DNA of 64,000 nucleotides, from positions 24,738,001-24,802,000 of the forward strand of contig CM119373.1 of assembly GCA_051294905.1 (NCBI GenBank), given 5' to 3'. Positions 11,401-25,153 of the stretch are shown piece by piece. Each line of letters starts with the position of its first letter. Within the stretch, counting starts at the first letter, position 1. This DNA comes from Botryllus schlosseri (taxonomy: Eukaryota). The notes under the pieces were generated by a model. It searched no databases. It was not told the origin of the DNA and saw only the letters and a list, made by a program, of their open reading frames with translations. The position numbers and the translations under genes were made by a program.

Positions 11401-14400
11401 TGTTCCCTCTAATTTTCCACGAGTCTGCGCACACTCACCGACTCACTGTGCGGTCCCTTCGACAACAGTCCGTAGCGACTAAGAAAGAGGTCATCACTTC
11501 AGATTTCTTGTGCGCGACTGCAGTGAGCGGCTGCGCGTTCTTTATTGATTTATGCGTTACAACATACGACTGTAGTGTTTTGTCGGTTTCCAATCCATGT
11601 TCGTCACGTATCGCCTAATCCAAAGGGATTAATCATTGATTGTTTATTCCTAACTGACAGGTGCTGGTCAATACCCGCGCATCTACTGCGTGAATAATTT
11701 GGAGTCTTGCAAGGTTATACCTTCGTCGTGCTATCGCGCCGGATCCGCCGTCTGGATCAAGGCAGTACCGACGCGGAGTCTGATCCCGTTGGGAGTTCAA
11801 GGGCTCGACATTAAGGGACAAATTCAATAAAGTCCCGTGCTTTGTCACATAATCGATGCGAGGCTTTTCGCTCAACAGCGCTTTGGACGAATACTGTCCG
11901 CAAAGGAATCGATATTTCTTGGAGGCGTTCGAAATTTTAATTTATGCACGGAATTGAAGTCGATTTGATTTTCCAGCCGCGAGTGTGGTTTGATTCGGAA
12001 TTTTAATTGCTTAAATGCTGGCGGGCTCCGGAGCTGTTGCGTTGTGTTGATGCTATTTCTCGCATTTAACTCCGTATTTAGTGTGCATTACCCCTGTCAA
12101 AATGATACGTACATACAAGGAAACTGACACCTAATTATGAAATCACAGGAAGAAAACTATGATTTCAGGATACTGTCACAAGCACAATTGTACATTGTTC
12201 AAAAAAATACAATTTTCCACTCTTGGATTGTTACGTAACGTTGAGAATTATGCTTACTGATGTCATGACATTGTGAACCCCGATTTTGCATTTCACGAAC
12301 AGTCAGACATAACGATTTTCAATTTTCATTCGAGACGGACGGATAAAAGAATTTTGCTCGAAATGCGATTAACGAGTTTTTAAAACAATATTTGGATTTG
12401 GGTGAGAGGGCAACATGGATTTTCTAGCGAATTTCCAATTTCAAGCCACTTTATGAATAAATTGAGAAATATCGGAATTAATCTTCATCTCTCGAAGGAA
12501 TGAAATTATGTTAACACTTTGATAGTTTAGTTGATTTGATAGTTTTAAATACGCTAACCTTTTTTGTGTATATAATATAGCACGACGGTCGGTGGAATTA
12601 ACACATTGCGGTGAAAGACTTCTACTCCATAATACATGAGTGCCGTGCACCGAATGGAAGGTTGAAATCAGAGCGACACAGGGCATTACATTGTTATCAC
12701 CCGCTCAAATTTTATGCTGCGAATTGCGACATCGAAATCTCAATTAACGGTTACGCCATTGACCACTATGACCGAACCACGTTCTATTCTGCCTTTTTTG
12801 TCGCGACTCACAATCCCAAGTCTTGGCCACTGTATTTTCTCTGCTTATATCAGAATTTAGATGTGATCAATATTTGTCAAGTGTCAGGAGGGCCTAAGAT
12901 AGCTCAATAAGTTATCGGAGGCCTCGTGGTAATTGAATAAAAGAACGATAGCTGCCAGTGTTATTTCTCATTCCCTATAGACCGACAAGCTCATTTTATT
13001 GGAGCTATACTAGTCCTTTTCGTACATGACATGCTGAGGACGGTTACAATATATGCTTACAAATAGAACTAGGCATAACGAATCGAGTCTATGAATCCCA
13101 GTCGGGTGTCAATTGTAATGATTAGAGCTGTGAAGTGACAATCGACTTTGTGTAACGAAAATATACGCCTTTGCATCAAGAGTAACATCTACAAAACTAT
13201 ATAGTTCACAGATTGAATTTCCAACGTTGGATCCTCGAAATCTCGACTAGCTGTAGTCCATCACCGAAAACATGTTGCGGTTACTAATATTCATGGAACG
13301 ACATTTCTGTCAAGTAGTGATTAATCTTCATAATAGTCACCAAGCGTTACGATATAGTCATGGTCTAGAAATACAATATTATATCGGATGACGTGGAGCT
13401 GTCATCATTGTCAATATAGACCCGAAATATATACATATATATATTTTAACTTTTGAGGTTATAGGTACTCTTCTAACTTGTTGAAATTTGGCACTCGAAT
13501 ATTCGACTCGACCCGAAACTTGAATGACAATCCAATAAATCAGATACTCAATCTGACCACCCCCTCCAAATCAAAACAGATAATTCTAAGTCATGTAGCA
13601 CTAGAAACTTATTTGCTATTTCAATGCAGGAACCCGCACATAGCATTACCACCTACTGGCCAATTGCTGTCAGCATATCCAATATCCAATAGGCATCATG
13701 CTTATTCGCTCACCTCCGGTTCACCGCCAGCGTCTTAAGGTACACGTCTTTAAATCACCCCAAAACATGCTCTTCAAACCCCCGCCGGTGATGGATCACA
13801 AACGTACCACGATCAAACCCGTTCCTTTTCTCTCAGGGTGGGCCGTGAACATAAGCAGTTAAACACCTTTCACAGTCTGTGATGAATGAGTTGAGACTGA
13901 CATACATTGGGGACGTGGCAAGGTATATATTTATCGCCGATGTAGCCACAGGCCGCCATAGTATCTTGAATGATCAAAGCGTCCGTGCTCATACAAATAG
14001 GTTTATGTGTGGAAAAACTGATGTAATATCTTCTTTCAGACAGTTAAAAGATAACGTAACGTCACATTGTCTTTTTTCATTCTATGAAACGGTTGCCATA
14101 TTTGCTATATTTCTGAACGTGTGGTTGTGGTCGTATATACTATGACGCCGAAATCAATTATACGTTAGAGGATAGAGAAGTAAACTGCATCATATAGTAG
14201 AATATAGTTAACACATATCTGCATAGTCCATAATGAATCTGCACATTAGATAAACCAATGTTCTGCTATCAATGCAATGCATTGTTTCGTCTCGTTTTAT
14301 TTTGGAAGGGAGATACATACAAGGAGTATAACTCAGTTGGTTCTTTGATACAGAAGCAACGCCGCGTTCTCCTGATGATACCATTACAAAACGGAGCCCC

Positions 14401-17013
14401 AGGTTATACATTATAGCATTCTGTAACCGATACGCTGGGTTACAATCGGCTGTTGTTTTGTTTCCGGATAATACGTCACTGTATAATTCATATTTATATT
14501 TATCTAACATGCACTTCAGTGCATTTCACATGTTGATGACCACAATTTCTCTGACTTCCGATATAATAATAATAGACCGTCCATATTTATCCACTTGCAA
14601 TTGGAATTTCATCTGATCAGTGCCATAGACATGGAATCATAGTTTTCATTAGCAATGATATATAGCTATGTGAAATTATAATAACTTGAAGTTTACGTAA
14701 AATACAGAATTACTTTGCTGATAGTTACGTCTCTTGAAAGCAGTTTTGAAGCGCATGATGTTATTATCTTTCAAGTAAAACTTACTTGTATATTCAACGC
14801 CGACTCATACACCATGTAGAAAAAAAAATTTTAGGTCAATGCGGTTCATCTTTATAGGCTTTCATGCAACTATGTCTCGGGACGTAATAATTCAGGGAAT
14901 CCAAAATCAGTGACCAACGATGGGGGCGTATGAGAATGTATGTTAGTTAAATTTTTATAATGTACATTTTACAACGTAAACAGGTCTCAATCCCTCAATT
15001 CCTACTCAGTGTCTGTGATGCAATCCTATTTCACCCATACTAGAGATTCGTTGATAACGTGTGGTGTTATAGTGAAATGGTGTTTACTGACATCGTCATA
15101 AGATATCATTCCCATTCACGAAGACCACCTGATAAATCTACATAACTGAGACTTGTTCGAATCATCCCTGCTAGCAATGTGCGTGTTTGTCTGTGATATT
15201 ACCAGACAGAAAAAAAATCTAACATTTATTTAACAACTCTACCTACAGTATAGACTAGAATTGTTCAAATTGGAATGAATTGGCACAATAAACCATTCTC
15301 AATTGCACGCATGATATAGCCCACAGTTATCCATACAGCATTTGTTCATTAATAAATCCATTAATCTATGGTTAGGGGTGTTGACCTTGACACATCTCAA
15401 ATGAACATGGACAATAATAATCAATTTTCGGACTGTTAATCTCGTCTATATCCCACCCGAATTTGCTTATTCCTATAGGCGTGTTGTCAGACAAGTACAA
15501 GGTATATTCGAACCCCTCAATTTACCTCTCAGGTTTTCTGACAACGCTTCGGTAGCACGTTTTCCCGACACATATGCATCATCCAGGGCCGTCACTGTCC
15601 TTTCCATCATTCTAATGTATGTCGTTTTCCTTGCTTGGTGGTCCCGTGTCATTAATGGGATGTATCCTAATCAGATAAGACCTTATCGATAGCAAAGATA
15701 GAGCTGCCATAGAAAAAAGATTCATGCAACCTTTGTCAGCGCTCGCCACCCATATAACTGCTCATGAAAGACGGCAAGATGAAAGTCCGCACGTGGTTAA
15801 CTTAAAGAATGGACACACCATCTGTACAAATACGCTTATCGTTCCGATTGAAGGGACGCTCAGAGGTAAAAGGCGCTTTATCGCCTCGAGATATGCATTC
15901 GTCCGGCAAATTTGGAAGGATATTTGATTATCCCATCCGCACAGCACATGCTAAAAAGACTGTTGAACAGCGACAATACAGTTCTTTTACATTCCCCCTT
16001 ATTTTGTTTGAACAATCAGTATATTCTATGAACTAATTTGGTTGTAAAGCGTTTAGTGAGGGTACTGAGGAATTTTACCGATTTGTACCTAGAACGGCAT
16101 AAATTTGCATACGAGATATGATCATTAGGACAAGTTTTGGCAATTTTTGCAACTTTTTTTACAGCTCCCGACAGCTTCCTAGATATTCATAATCTATTAT
16201 GTTATGATGTTTTAAGATGCTTGGAGAAATTTTATAGTGCAACATTCCGTAAGTTTATCTATTTTTCATGCAAATTTTTACCGCAACTTTCATCAACTGT
16301 TGCGCAGAATCTGACTAAATGATTTAAAAAAACATGCTATAATAAACTATTTCTAGTATGGAACTATATTCTCTTTGATTTGCATAAGAAAGAGCTATGT
16401 GATGGATTACGTGCATCTCAATGTTATGTATAACTCAAAGGCTTGAAAGCTAGAAGTTCAACTATTCCAGGCAAGCACTCCGTGCCCGAACAATAAGTAA
16501 ATATATCGCTTTATTAATCCAGTCTTTTAAATTTGACGAAGTTTTCCATTCCACGAACGCCAAGGAGAGAGACGAAAATTACATTTTCACTGGGTAACCG
16601 TTTTCAGACTATTGATTTGGTTAAAGTCCCCAACGGTGAGTTTTAATGCAATGCCTCAGGCCAAGTTTGCAGGCCTAGGGGGTTTGGAGTGTGGTATTGA
16701 ACTTGATTTAGGGTGAGGGGACTGGTGGATTATCGCTATGCTCTTTGGATTATTGGGAAAGACTATATCCGCAGGATTCAAACCTAAATAGCGTAAAAGT
16801 ATACGCATGATGGTGATCGATTGAATAGCGAGGAGAGAGAAAGAAGCACTCAAGAACGGTGAATTGAATGACTCAATAATGATGTCATTAAGTCGCATTA
16901 TCTAAATATGCGGAATCAAATTCATCTAGCGTGCCGTACTTGCCATTCTTGAAATCAATCCAACGCTGGGTGGTATCACGTCATTAGGATCAAGTTCTAA
17001 TAATATTGATGAT

Positions 17014-17150
17014 GTGGCAAATAGCGTAGCAGGCCTAGTACCTTTCATTTCAGCAACACCAATGGATTGCAGGTGCAAGTTCGACTCTAAAGCCCTTTCC
17101 TAAGTATCTGGGTCTCCTGGGCTCTTAGGCTCGTCGCCAATCGACCTGCA
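17014..17150 (+). mobile_element. tRNA-derived SINE, degenerate partial copy
   Basis: GTGGCAAATAGCGTAG...CAGCAACACCAATGGATTGCAGGT...AAGTTCGACTC...GGCTCGTCGCCAAT matches the copies at 24911 and 61249. Confidence 0.6.
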
Positions 17151-17570
17151 TGCGGGTTTTTTTACAAAAGATTAGCATTTGAAGAGCTTCTTTGAGGTAC
17201 AGAAATACCATATACAATATAAAAATACTCTTAAAAACTTAAAATGTAATTTGAACGTGCTGTAAGTTGGCTGCCAAGTAATCAAAACAAGAGTATTTTG
17301 AAAGGGGTGAACGACCATTAATTCCGTAACACCACGAAGATTAAGCCAAATAAATCAGTATTGGTAAACCTGGAATATATCGCACTGAATCAACAAATCG
17401 CGCATGGTAATCGGTCAGGCGACAATTATATCAGCTGTTATCGGATTTTCTGTCAAACAGACATACAGTACGTCAATAAATATTCTGTTACAGATTTACA
17501 GTAAAAAAACTATTTGTGTCATTCGGCGAGCGTGCTCAGGTATGACGCGATTTACGTGGTTTGCGAAAAA

Positions 17571-17586
17571 GACGTCACGTGACTCA
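17571..17586. promoter_or_regulatory. Composite bZIP/bHLH site: GACGTCA (CRE-like) + GTCACGTGAC (palindromic E-box) + TGACTCA (AP-1), overlapping
   Basis: Sequence GACGTCACGTGACTCA seen directly; more ACGT-core motifs within ~60 bp on each side. Function is inferred. Confidence 0.45.
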
Positions 17587-20500
17587 CGACGTAGTTTGAC
17601 GACCGTAACACGGGAGTTTTCACGATTGTTGACGTGTCATTTGGCCAAACTGACGATTGATACGTTGGAGTCCATTTTGAGATCTTTGAAAATTATTGGT
17701 ACCGACAGCAATATCAAAATAGCAGCAGTTACATCAAAATGCTACCATGTTTTTGACGTGGAACCGTCCGAGTCGTACAGCATAGCCTACACGCTTCATT
17801 GATTGCTTGTCAATGTTGCCACGAATTGAATTTGCTCCTATTTCTAACTAACGAGTTAGAAATTTTTACATTGCTGTTATCAAACTTGGACATTGTTAAA
17901 GCACTATACTTAGTTAAACATGTCCACAGGTTTCCGATTCATATGATTAAATAGTGTTAAACTATACGAGAATGAGTGGGAATTAAAACGCAAAGGTATA
18001 TTTCGGCGAACTGGTCACTGGTACGTTGACTGATATGCTGGCACAGATTGTTGATTGACCGTATTTGTCAGAGACTGCGCTTGAGTCTCATCTGCCAAAA
18101 TGTCAGAGGCTTATCCTGCCCCCTCCGTCACTGCGTCGTCATTTCGAAAACTTTTTTACGACAACAGGTCCAGGGAAAGTAAAAACAAAGGAAATATATA
18201 ATGATACGAATGAAAACGGTCAGGAAGCGACATAAAAAAGAGAGTTAGAAGATAAATGTTTCACCGGCCATAAAATGATACTTTTACATCCAGTAGACCG
18301 CGTTTAGGCAGCCTCCTATATGATCATTAAATTACATAATGTATTGTACATCCCGTTGAGCCATTTCCATATAAATCTTCCGACCTGATCAGATAGAAAT
18401 AATAGAATTATGATTATAGCTGCAAGACTGACACTGCTGAGCAGCGTTATAGTACGCTAAACCGACTTATTCAATACACTTTACACCACTCCGCCAGTAC
18501 GGATTCAACCTTTGGACTTTTACAGTGTTATTCCATGCTTTTATCTTTCAACTGATGGTAAAAGTTCCCTAGTCTTTGCGAGAAAATAATATAGATCATC
18601 GAAATCCTAATCCGCATTCAAACATATATTGTTTAACTTTTGCTCACAGAATCGGATTAACGGATCGCTAGCTGTTAATCTGATTCCGATTGTCCGCGTC
18701 GCGTCGCTCCGTTTGATTCCAGCAATACGGAAACTCGTACGATACTATTTCAGCGTTCTAGATTACGGGCGCATCGACTCGCGGCTTACAGTCGGCGGTG
18801 ACGTATCGAATGCAGACAGGACAGCGTGGTCCTTTTGTTGCGTCGTCTCGCCTTGCATGTGGAGTGCCAGACCCCCATCCGCACGAAGTGAAAGTTCAAG
18901 AACGGGATTCTTTGATTTGCGAGCTTGGCCAAAGTTCGCTTGGGTTCGTGGTATCAATCGTGCGAAACTGCATGGGTGGGTGTTAGGTCTGCACATATCA
19001 TATTGCGCTTAGGTTTGGTAAACTTTATGTATTGGCATTTAGTGATGAGATGTCACTCATCCCCAGTAAATATATCTATAAAATATTTACTATCACCCTC
19101 GGTAGCTTGCAGATTTGTGGAATGGAGGTCCCACTATTCACTATGTATGCTGAGCTCCCATCTCGGCGAATACCATTCGGAATTTCAGGCGATCGAACAG
19201 TTCTCATGCAATTATTGACAGGTGGCATCGGAAAGGTTTTACGGAAAAGAATTATTTATGGAATTATTTCAACTAAAATCTACCTGCAAATAGAAAACGT
19301 TTAGACCTTGGCCAAGCATTTGCGTTTAATTTGGAATCTCTTCACCAATACAATTATGCTGCATGGTTGAAAATAATTTCTTGGTGATATGCATTCATAC
19401 GAGGATTCTTATATCAAATCGTGAACGATGCCCGGTGTTTTAACGATGCTCGGGTATCAGTCAGTTGTTACTTTCTAGCATCTACAACATCATGAAATTC
19501 GAAGCGATGACTGACTGTAACCCGACCCAAATTACATCATGTTTTCGTATTCCCTGACCCGATAAAAGTTTCTTGAACTGTAAATAATGTTTATCACAGT
19601 TTGGCCAAGTCGTGCTAAGATAATCCAGTTAGGTACCAGTGTAGGGAAAGCAATTTTCGAATTTGACCTTGTTTCATGTTCGGCGCTGCAAAAGTTTGCA
19701 AGAGACACAGATCTTTGGAAACGCGCGGGACTATAACCAAACACTCTGCTAACTGCAGAAGACGCTGCTTTACTCGATGTATATATTAAACAAAAACAAA
19801 TAAAATTACCTGACAGCTTTCAGACAGGATCATTTCCTGCAATAATACAGTCTGATGCGACACTGCGATTGACCAAAGTCTGCAGAAGTAACTCATAAGT
19901 GAAGGGTCAAGTATACATTCGCGGTGTTACTGGTCGTAGAAATATAATGACAATAGCTCATACAGAAAGGAAATGCCCCTGCAAGACAGCAAAAACTTGT
20001 TGAAAGACTATACATTTATAAGTTAGGGTAGTTAAGTGTGAAGCTGTTTATTGAGCCGGCTTTCATCGAAAATGTTAACGGTCGCGAAATACTGACGAAG
20101 CAACCAATCGCTTGCTATTGTCGTTGAAATGCTTCCAACATTTATGAATATCAGTTAACAAACTTCACAGTTCTCACCTAGTACTCGTGTACAGGTCTGG
20201 GACTGCAAAGCAAACTTTACGAAAAGTACACTGAGCAATACAGGCATCATGCTATAAATACATATAGTGTACTTTTGCCGTAGGTGGTATTGAAATATAC
20301 GCGTACATTAAATTTCCATGAGCCAATTTATTTTCGCCACATATGACACGCCATAATAGGTTATCCAATGAAATATCTACTAAAGCACGTATTTCGACAA
20401 TTTCAGTTGTCTTCTTGACATCTGCGAGATCCAAAGATAACAAAATACATGGACGCTTCCATCGTCGCAGTCTACAATGTGGGCGTGGAATCGTCAGCGT

Positions 20501-22174
20501 GTATATAAGCGATGTATTAATCAATATTTTGTATAAAGTACGACAGAAATCACAAACCGTCGTTGTCTGAAAACAAATGTGATGGTAATACGAATACTCC
20601 CGTGTCAAAACTCATTACCAAATGGGTTGGGCATTCTATACATGTAGGTATTGGCGTTGATATGGTATGAGTAATGTCAGGATACTTCTGAAATGCTTGG
20701 AGCCAGACTCGTGCAGAACCACGGGGTATATCTATCTATACGTGATTGCGTGATGACTTTCTGCGAATATCAGCAACCCACCAAGTTTTTTGCAAAACTC
20801 TATGTTTCGGTTGATCATACGATGAAAATATTTACGTAAAATCTGATTTCTAATTCTTTGATGACACCACTTGAAGTAAAGGACAGCCCCTAATTATAAC
20901 CATTTTAGATCCATGTAAATAATATTCCTGACTATATGATTTAATTCTCAGTATTCAAAACTTACAGATGTCATTACATCAATGTGCGCAAAAAGATAAG
21001 CTTATAATTCGTTGGTAGGATTTATGACTTTGTTAGAATAAAAACCACTCGGGTATTGCCATATTTAACGACACTGTTCTAACTTGTATGTATATGGGAT
21101 ATAGGACGCAGTTTCTGCAAATAGATTTCCTTAACTTAGTTGGCAGATTGAACCCAGTTAATGTTGGGCGTGTACAGGACAAGGAGTACATTGTGTTTAT
21201 GTTATTGAACTCCATCACAATAATCCCACCGTAAATTTCTACCTATTCAACGTACTATGGAACATTATGTTTGTCTACCAGCCCGTGTGCTATTTAATCC
21301 ATTACAGTCTACTCACCGGGTATACGTACTAACATGCCAAAAAATGCGTGAAATAATAAGCTGTGGTCTTATATCCTGTAAACATCAAGTTTTGCTCAAA
21401 TCTCTGACAGATGCAGCCTGTCATTTTGCACTTGACTGGGCTTACGATATCATTCTACAAATGCTTTAAATCTTCAGTCAATATCCCAGTTCATCTTCAC
21501 ACTGTTGGTAATCCGTGACTAGAATGCAGTCCACTTGGGATCAGTCTAAGCCCAATCACTAGTCCCACTAGATTTAAAGAATTCATAATATTTCAGACGA
21601 GACTAGTAACTACATACTGAGTAAGAGTTGCCATAGCGAACTTGATTTCATAGTTTAGTGCCAGATCGGGTTATCTGTCGTTTCAATGATCGTGTTTTCG
21701 ATTATGGAGTTGTTGAATGTCATCAGCTCTCCCAATTCTTTCTATCGCGATATATATTGGATTTCGATGTGGTCACAGGGGTTCAAATCGACTCGCTATT
21801 TATCATTCGGGCCTTTTGCTATCAATTCCCTTCGTTCCATAGAATTGTTTGTCTGCGAAATGCGGTATGAGCATGTTAGTTTCAAAGGTTGCCAAGAAAC
21901 GGAGTTACACGGTAATTTACAACCTTTTTCACGAAAATCATAAAAACTTAACATGTTTGTCGCTAGGAAGCGTATGTATGCACGTTCATTTATTCTCCAG
22001 CAAAGACACAATGAACAAATGCTTGAGAGCGCTATAAAATGGAATATATCAACGAGGCCACTGGCCCTGGTATGTCGAGTTACCGAGAAAGTTCACATGC
22101 AAGAAGTCCGGTCGTTCGAGGCCGAATTAAATCCACGAACACGGAAACAAATCACACTAATGAAAGAAACCTAT

Positions 22175-22287
22175 TGACGTCAACGTCCCGCTTTATCGTT
22201 AACTTCGGATGACTAGTAAGACATTTTAAAGACGCAAACGGCAAATAGAATACTATGGTCTGATATTTCGCTGAATGAATGACGTCA
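22175..22287. promoter_or_regulatory. Pair of perfect CRE palindromes (TGACGTCA at 22175 and 22280)
   Basis: Motifs seen directly; not inside any recognised repeat. Confidence 0.45.
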
Positions 22288-23806
22288 CTGTTGGTCCTAT
22301 ATATTAACAATTGCCGTTTATTGACCATTGCAATTGCCCATATATTTAGATTATATCATGATGTCTATATGAAAGATTAAAAGCAGATGGAATGTTGATT
22401 AAGTAAAAAATAAGTAGGCTTACACTGCGTTCGTCGGATATTTAGAAAAAGTGTTTGCGCAGTGTGTTTGAGATATATCACCAACGCTCTGCTGAGTACA
22501 GCCATAACACTGTCTATATGCCTTATGGCGATATGACATCGCTGCGTGGGTCAGGTGAATTATGACAAACTATCATAGCAAATAAACACCGCACGGACTA
22601 TTTCTGCACACGCATCCATGTCATCTGCGTTCAGACGGCGGGTCAATATTTGATGTAGCGAGGGTCGCAATAACATTCATTACACAGTGACCTATGTGTG
22701 TGTATATCAAAACACTTTATGTTTGAGTTATTTGATATCTTGTAATATAGATCTAATCGGCTTAGTCAGAGGTGGCGCCCTATAATCTTGTTGGATGCCA
22801 TCATTTCTCAAAGTGCCGACAGACATGATATGGAAACTCTAAACTCATATAGGGCTGAATAGTCTGGCTATGTTTCATTTCGGTGTATTTTATCCCTTAC
22901 GGAGCCCTTATCACACTGGTAATTGAACTTTGCAGACCGTGACCAAAATCTGAGTTATAATAGCATCTCGCGACCCAAGTCTCACGCATGAAAAAGAATT
23001 CACTTTCAATATTGGTAAGATACGTCTCTACAAGCATGTATATGACATCGAGAACGCACAAACAATAATTGTATGCAACGCAGCTCTTAAACATGTCTGA
23101 CGGACGCGATTTCAAAATCGGGTGCATTACTTCCCCGAGGTTTACATTTGTTCTGCGTGTCTACTCAGATTGCAAGGATGAGACTATTCGGTGCCAACCA
23201 TTTCAATCGGACATATCGATATCTAAAGTTTTCGCGAACAAGCGACTGTCAATTTGGGTCAAGGTTTCATTGCTGCCTACATGTTGACACCACCCTTTGC
23301 CTAGTCATACCTTTGCCAAAACATCATGTCTTCATGTATCCTGGCGCGGAAGGGGTGGGATTCAAAATACACGTGCATCACATCTGGCACCCACTTGTTG
23401 CACACCCCTATGACGCATCCCGACAGTCTCACACGGTGTTTTTCCTCAGAAACAATGTCAGATAAATCTTATCTTGAATTCAAACTAATTTGAGTGATAC
23501 AAAGGTATGCATATTTTCATTATCAAGCCATCTGTGGTCATGACACTTTTCCAGGTGTCGCGCCTATTGGCTATAGTAGGTTACCCAACACAGTGTCCTG
23601 GGATGTGCACAAATCCACCACAGGATATCTCACGAAGCGTGACGAAATATTTTTTGTTGCAGGAAATTCAACAAATATTGCATATATTACATCACTGGAG
23701 CCATCGCGATCCAAAGTTATACTCTTCGCGACCCACACTTTTGAGAGTCAGTGCTTTAGACTATCGATTTTAAAAAGATCGTGTAGAGACCTCCAAGATG
23801 CGAGTG

Positions 23807-23847
23807 TGACGTCACATACTTTGTTCCAGTCGCGCGTTGTGACGTCA
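23807..23847. promoter_or_regulatory. Pair of perfect CRE palindromes 33 bp apart (TGACGTCA at 23807 and 23840)
   Basis: Motifs seen directly, both in a GTGTGACGTCA/TTGTGACGTCA context. Confidence 0.5.
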
Positions 23848-24910
23848 TGTACGCTCTTTTCACATAACACTTCTCAATATTGTTCATTGTGACGTTGGCG
23901 TAACGGAAGTAATAAATGAATCCATGAATTCGTTTTTAGTTTTATTTGCTAGATCATTCGAATGCATGCATTTGCATCTTGCGAACACTGCGGAGCCAAT
24001 GACTATAATTCTTCGCAGATATGAAATTCGTACTAATGCAGCATAGTGGTATTGTAACGACTTCATTCGCTGGCATAAGAGGAGGAGCATTTTTATATTT
24101 TATGGTGTTTGATAAATTGATTGTAAGAACCGAAGCCAAGATATCGGCAGAACTGCGCTCAGTTTCATTCGAGATCGGTAGTTCTCCGTCAAAAGTGCGT
24201 GTTCTCCGCCAGCAGTGAATATCAGTTATATCACACGACGAATTTCAATGCTTCGAATTCCTTATTTCAGCTAACACCTAAAATTGATACATATGTATCG
24301 TTTTTTGCATTACACAAGTACCCTCACATCGTATGCAAAGAATTGTTAATGCATTAATTTAAATAAATGGACGTAAACCCTCAACCGCATGCTCTGTCTC
24401 CACGATTGGTTAAATTCACGAATGAATGTTAAGGCATATTAAATAGAATTCGTAGCACAGCATAAGAGCATATTCGTCTGGTCATCCACGTACCGTGTCA
24501 GTGCTGTTGCCGATCCCTAAGCTATAATTGATTTGGCGGTGCTTTAATCTGGTCCACTGACTAAAAACCTTGGGGCTTCAAACGGTGCCGACGCAACGTG
24601 CGAAAATCTAATTGTATATACGTTACTCTCACGCACCATTACGCGTAGATGGAGTCTATTTACAAGGAAAGCGGCTGGTGTTTGGGTAGCGCGCTGCGCC
24701 CGCGACAGGAGGTTTTCCTGCCCTTCAAAAGGAAACAATATCAAGCATTAACAAGAGTCCATAACATAAAAGCATAAAATTGTAAAATAAAAACTGAATT
24801 TTTAGTGGAGACGCTACTATGGCCCAACTGCGAGGCTTCAAGTACAAATTTTTACGAATGTTCCTCTTTATAAGTAGATCTGTAAGCCAAAATAAGTGTT
24901 TTATTAACGC

Positions 24911-25153
24911 ACCTTGTCCCGTGTGGCAAAATAGCGTAGTGGTATAATCCACAGCAGCAACCCCAATATGGGTTGCGGGTTCGAGTCCGATCGAGTTCGA
25001 CTGCAGAATTCCGTAAGCGGAGTCTCATTTAAAGCCCATAGAAGTGGGTCGTACTACAGACCAGCAGCTACGGAATAAAATGAAGAAAATCGGCCTTGTG
25101 TGAATGACCATAGTCGTTGACAAACACCATGGATACCACAAACAAACAATAAA
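24911..25153 (+). mobile_element. tRNA-derived SINE with intact Pol III A and B boxes
   Basis: A box TAGCGTAGTGG (24932-24942) and B box GGTTCGAGTCC (24978-24988); homologous through to the ACAAACAATAA tail with the minus-strand copy at 60963-61249. Confidence 0.75.

Noticed and set aside
19600-19750. Minus-strand VIVPRVSK...HWYL as a gypsy integrase zinc-binding remnant
   Set aside because: The conserved His/Cys residues are missing; similarity is within chance.
24911-24990. SINE heads as additional tRNA genes
   Set aside because: A and B boxes are present, but there is no acceptor stem or anticodon arm, and homology between copies continues well past the tRNA-like part.
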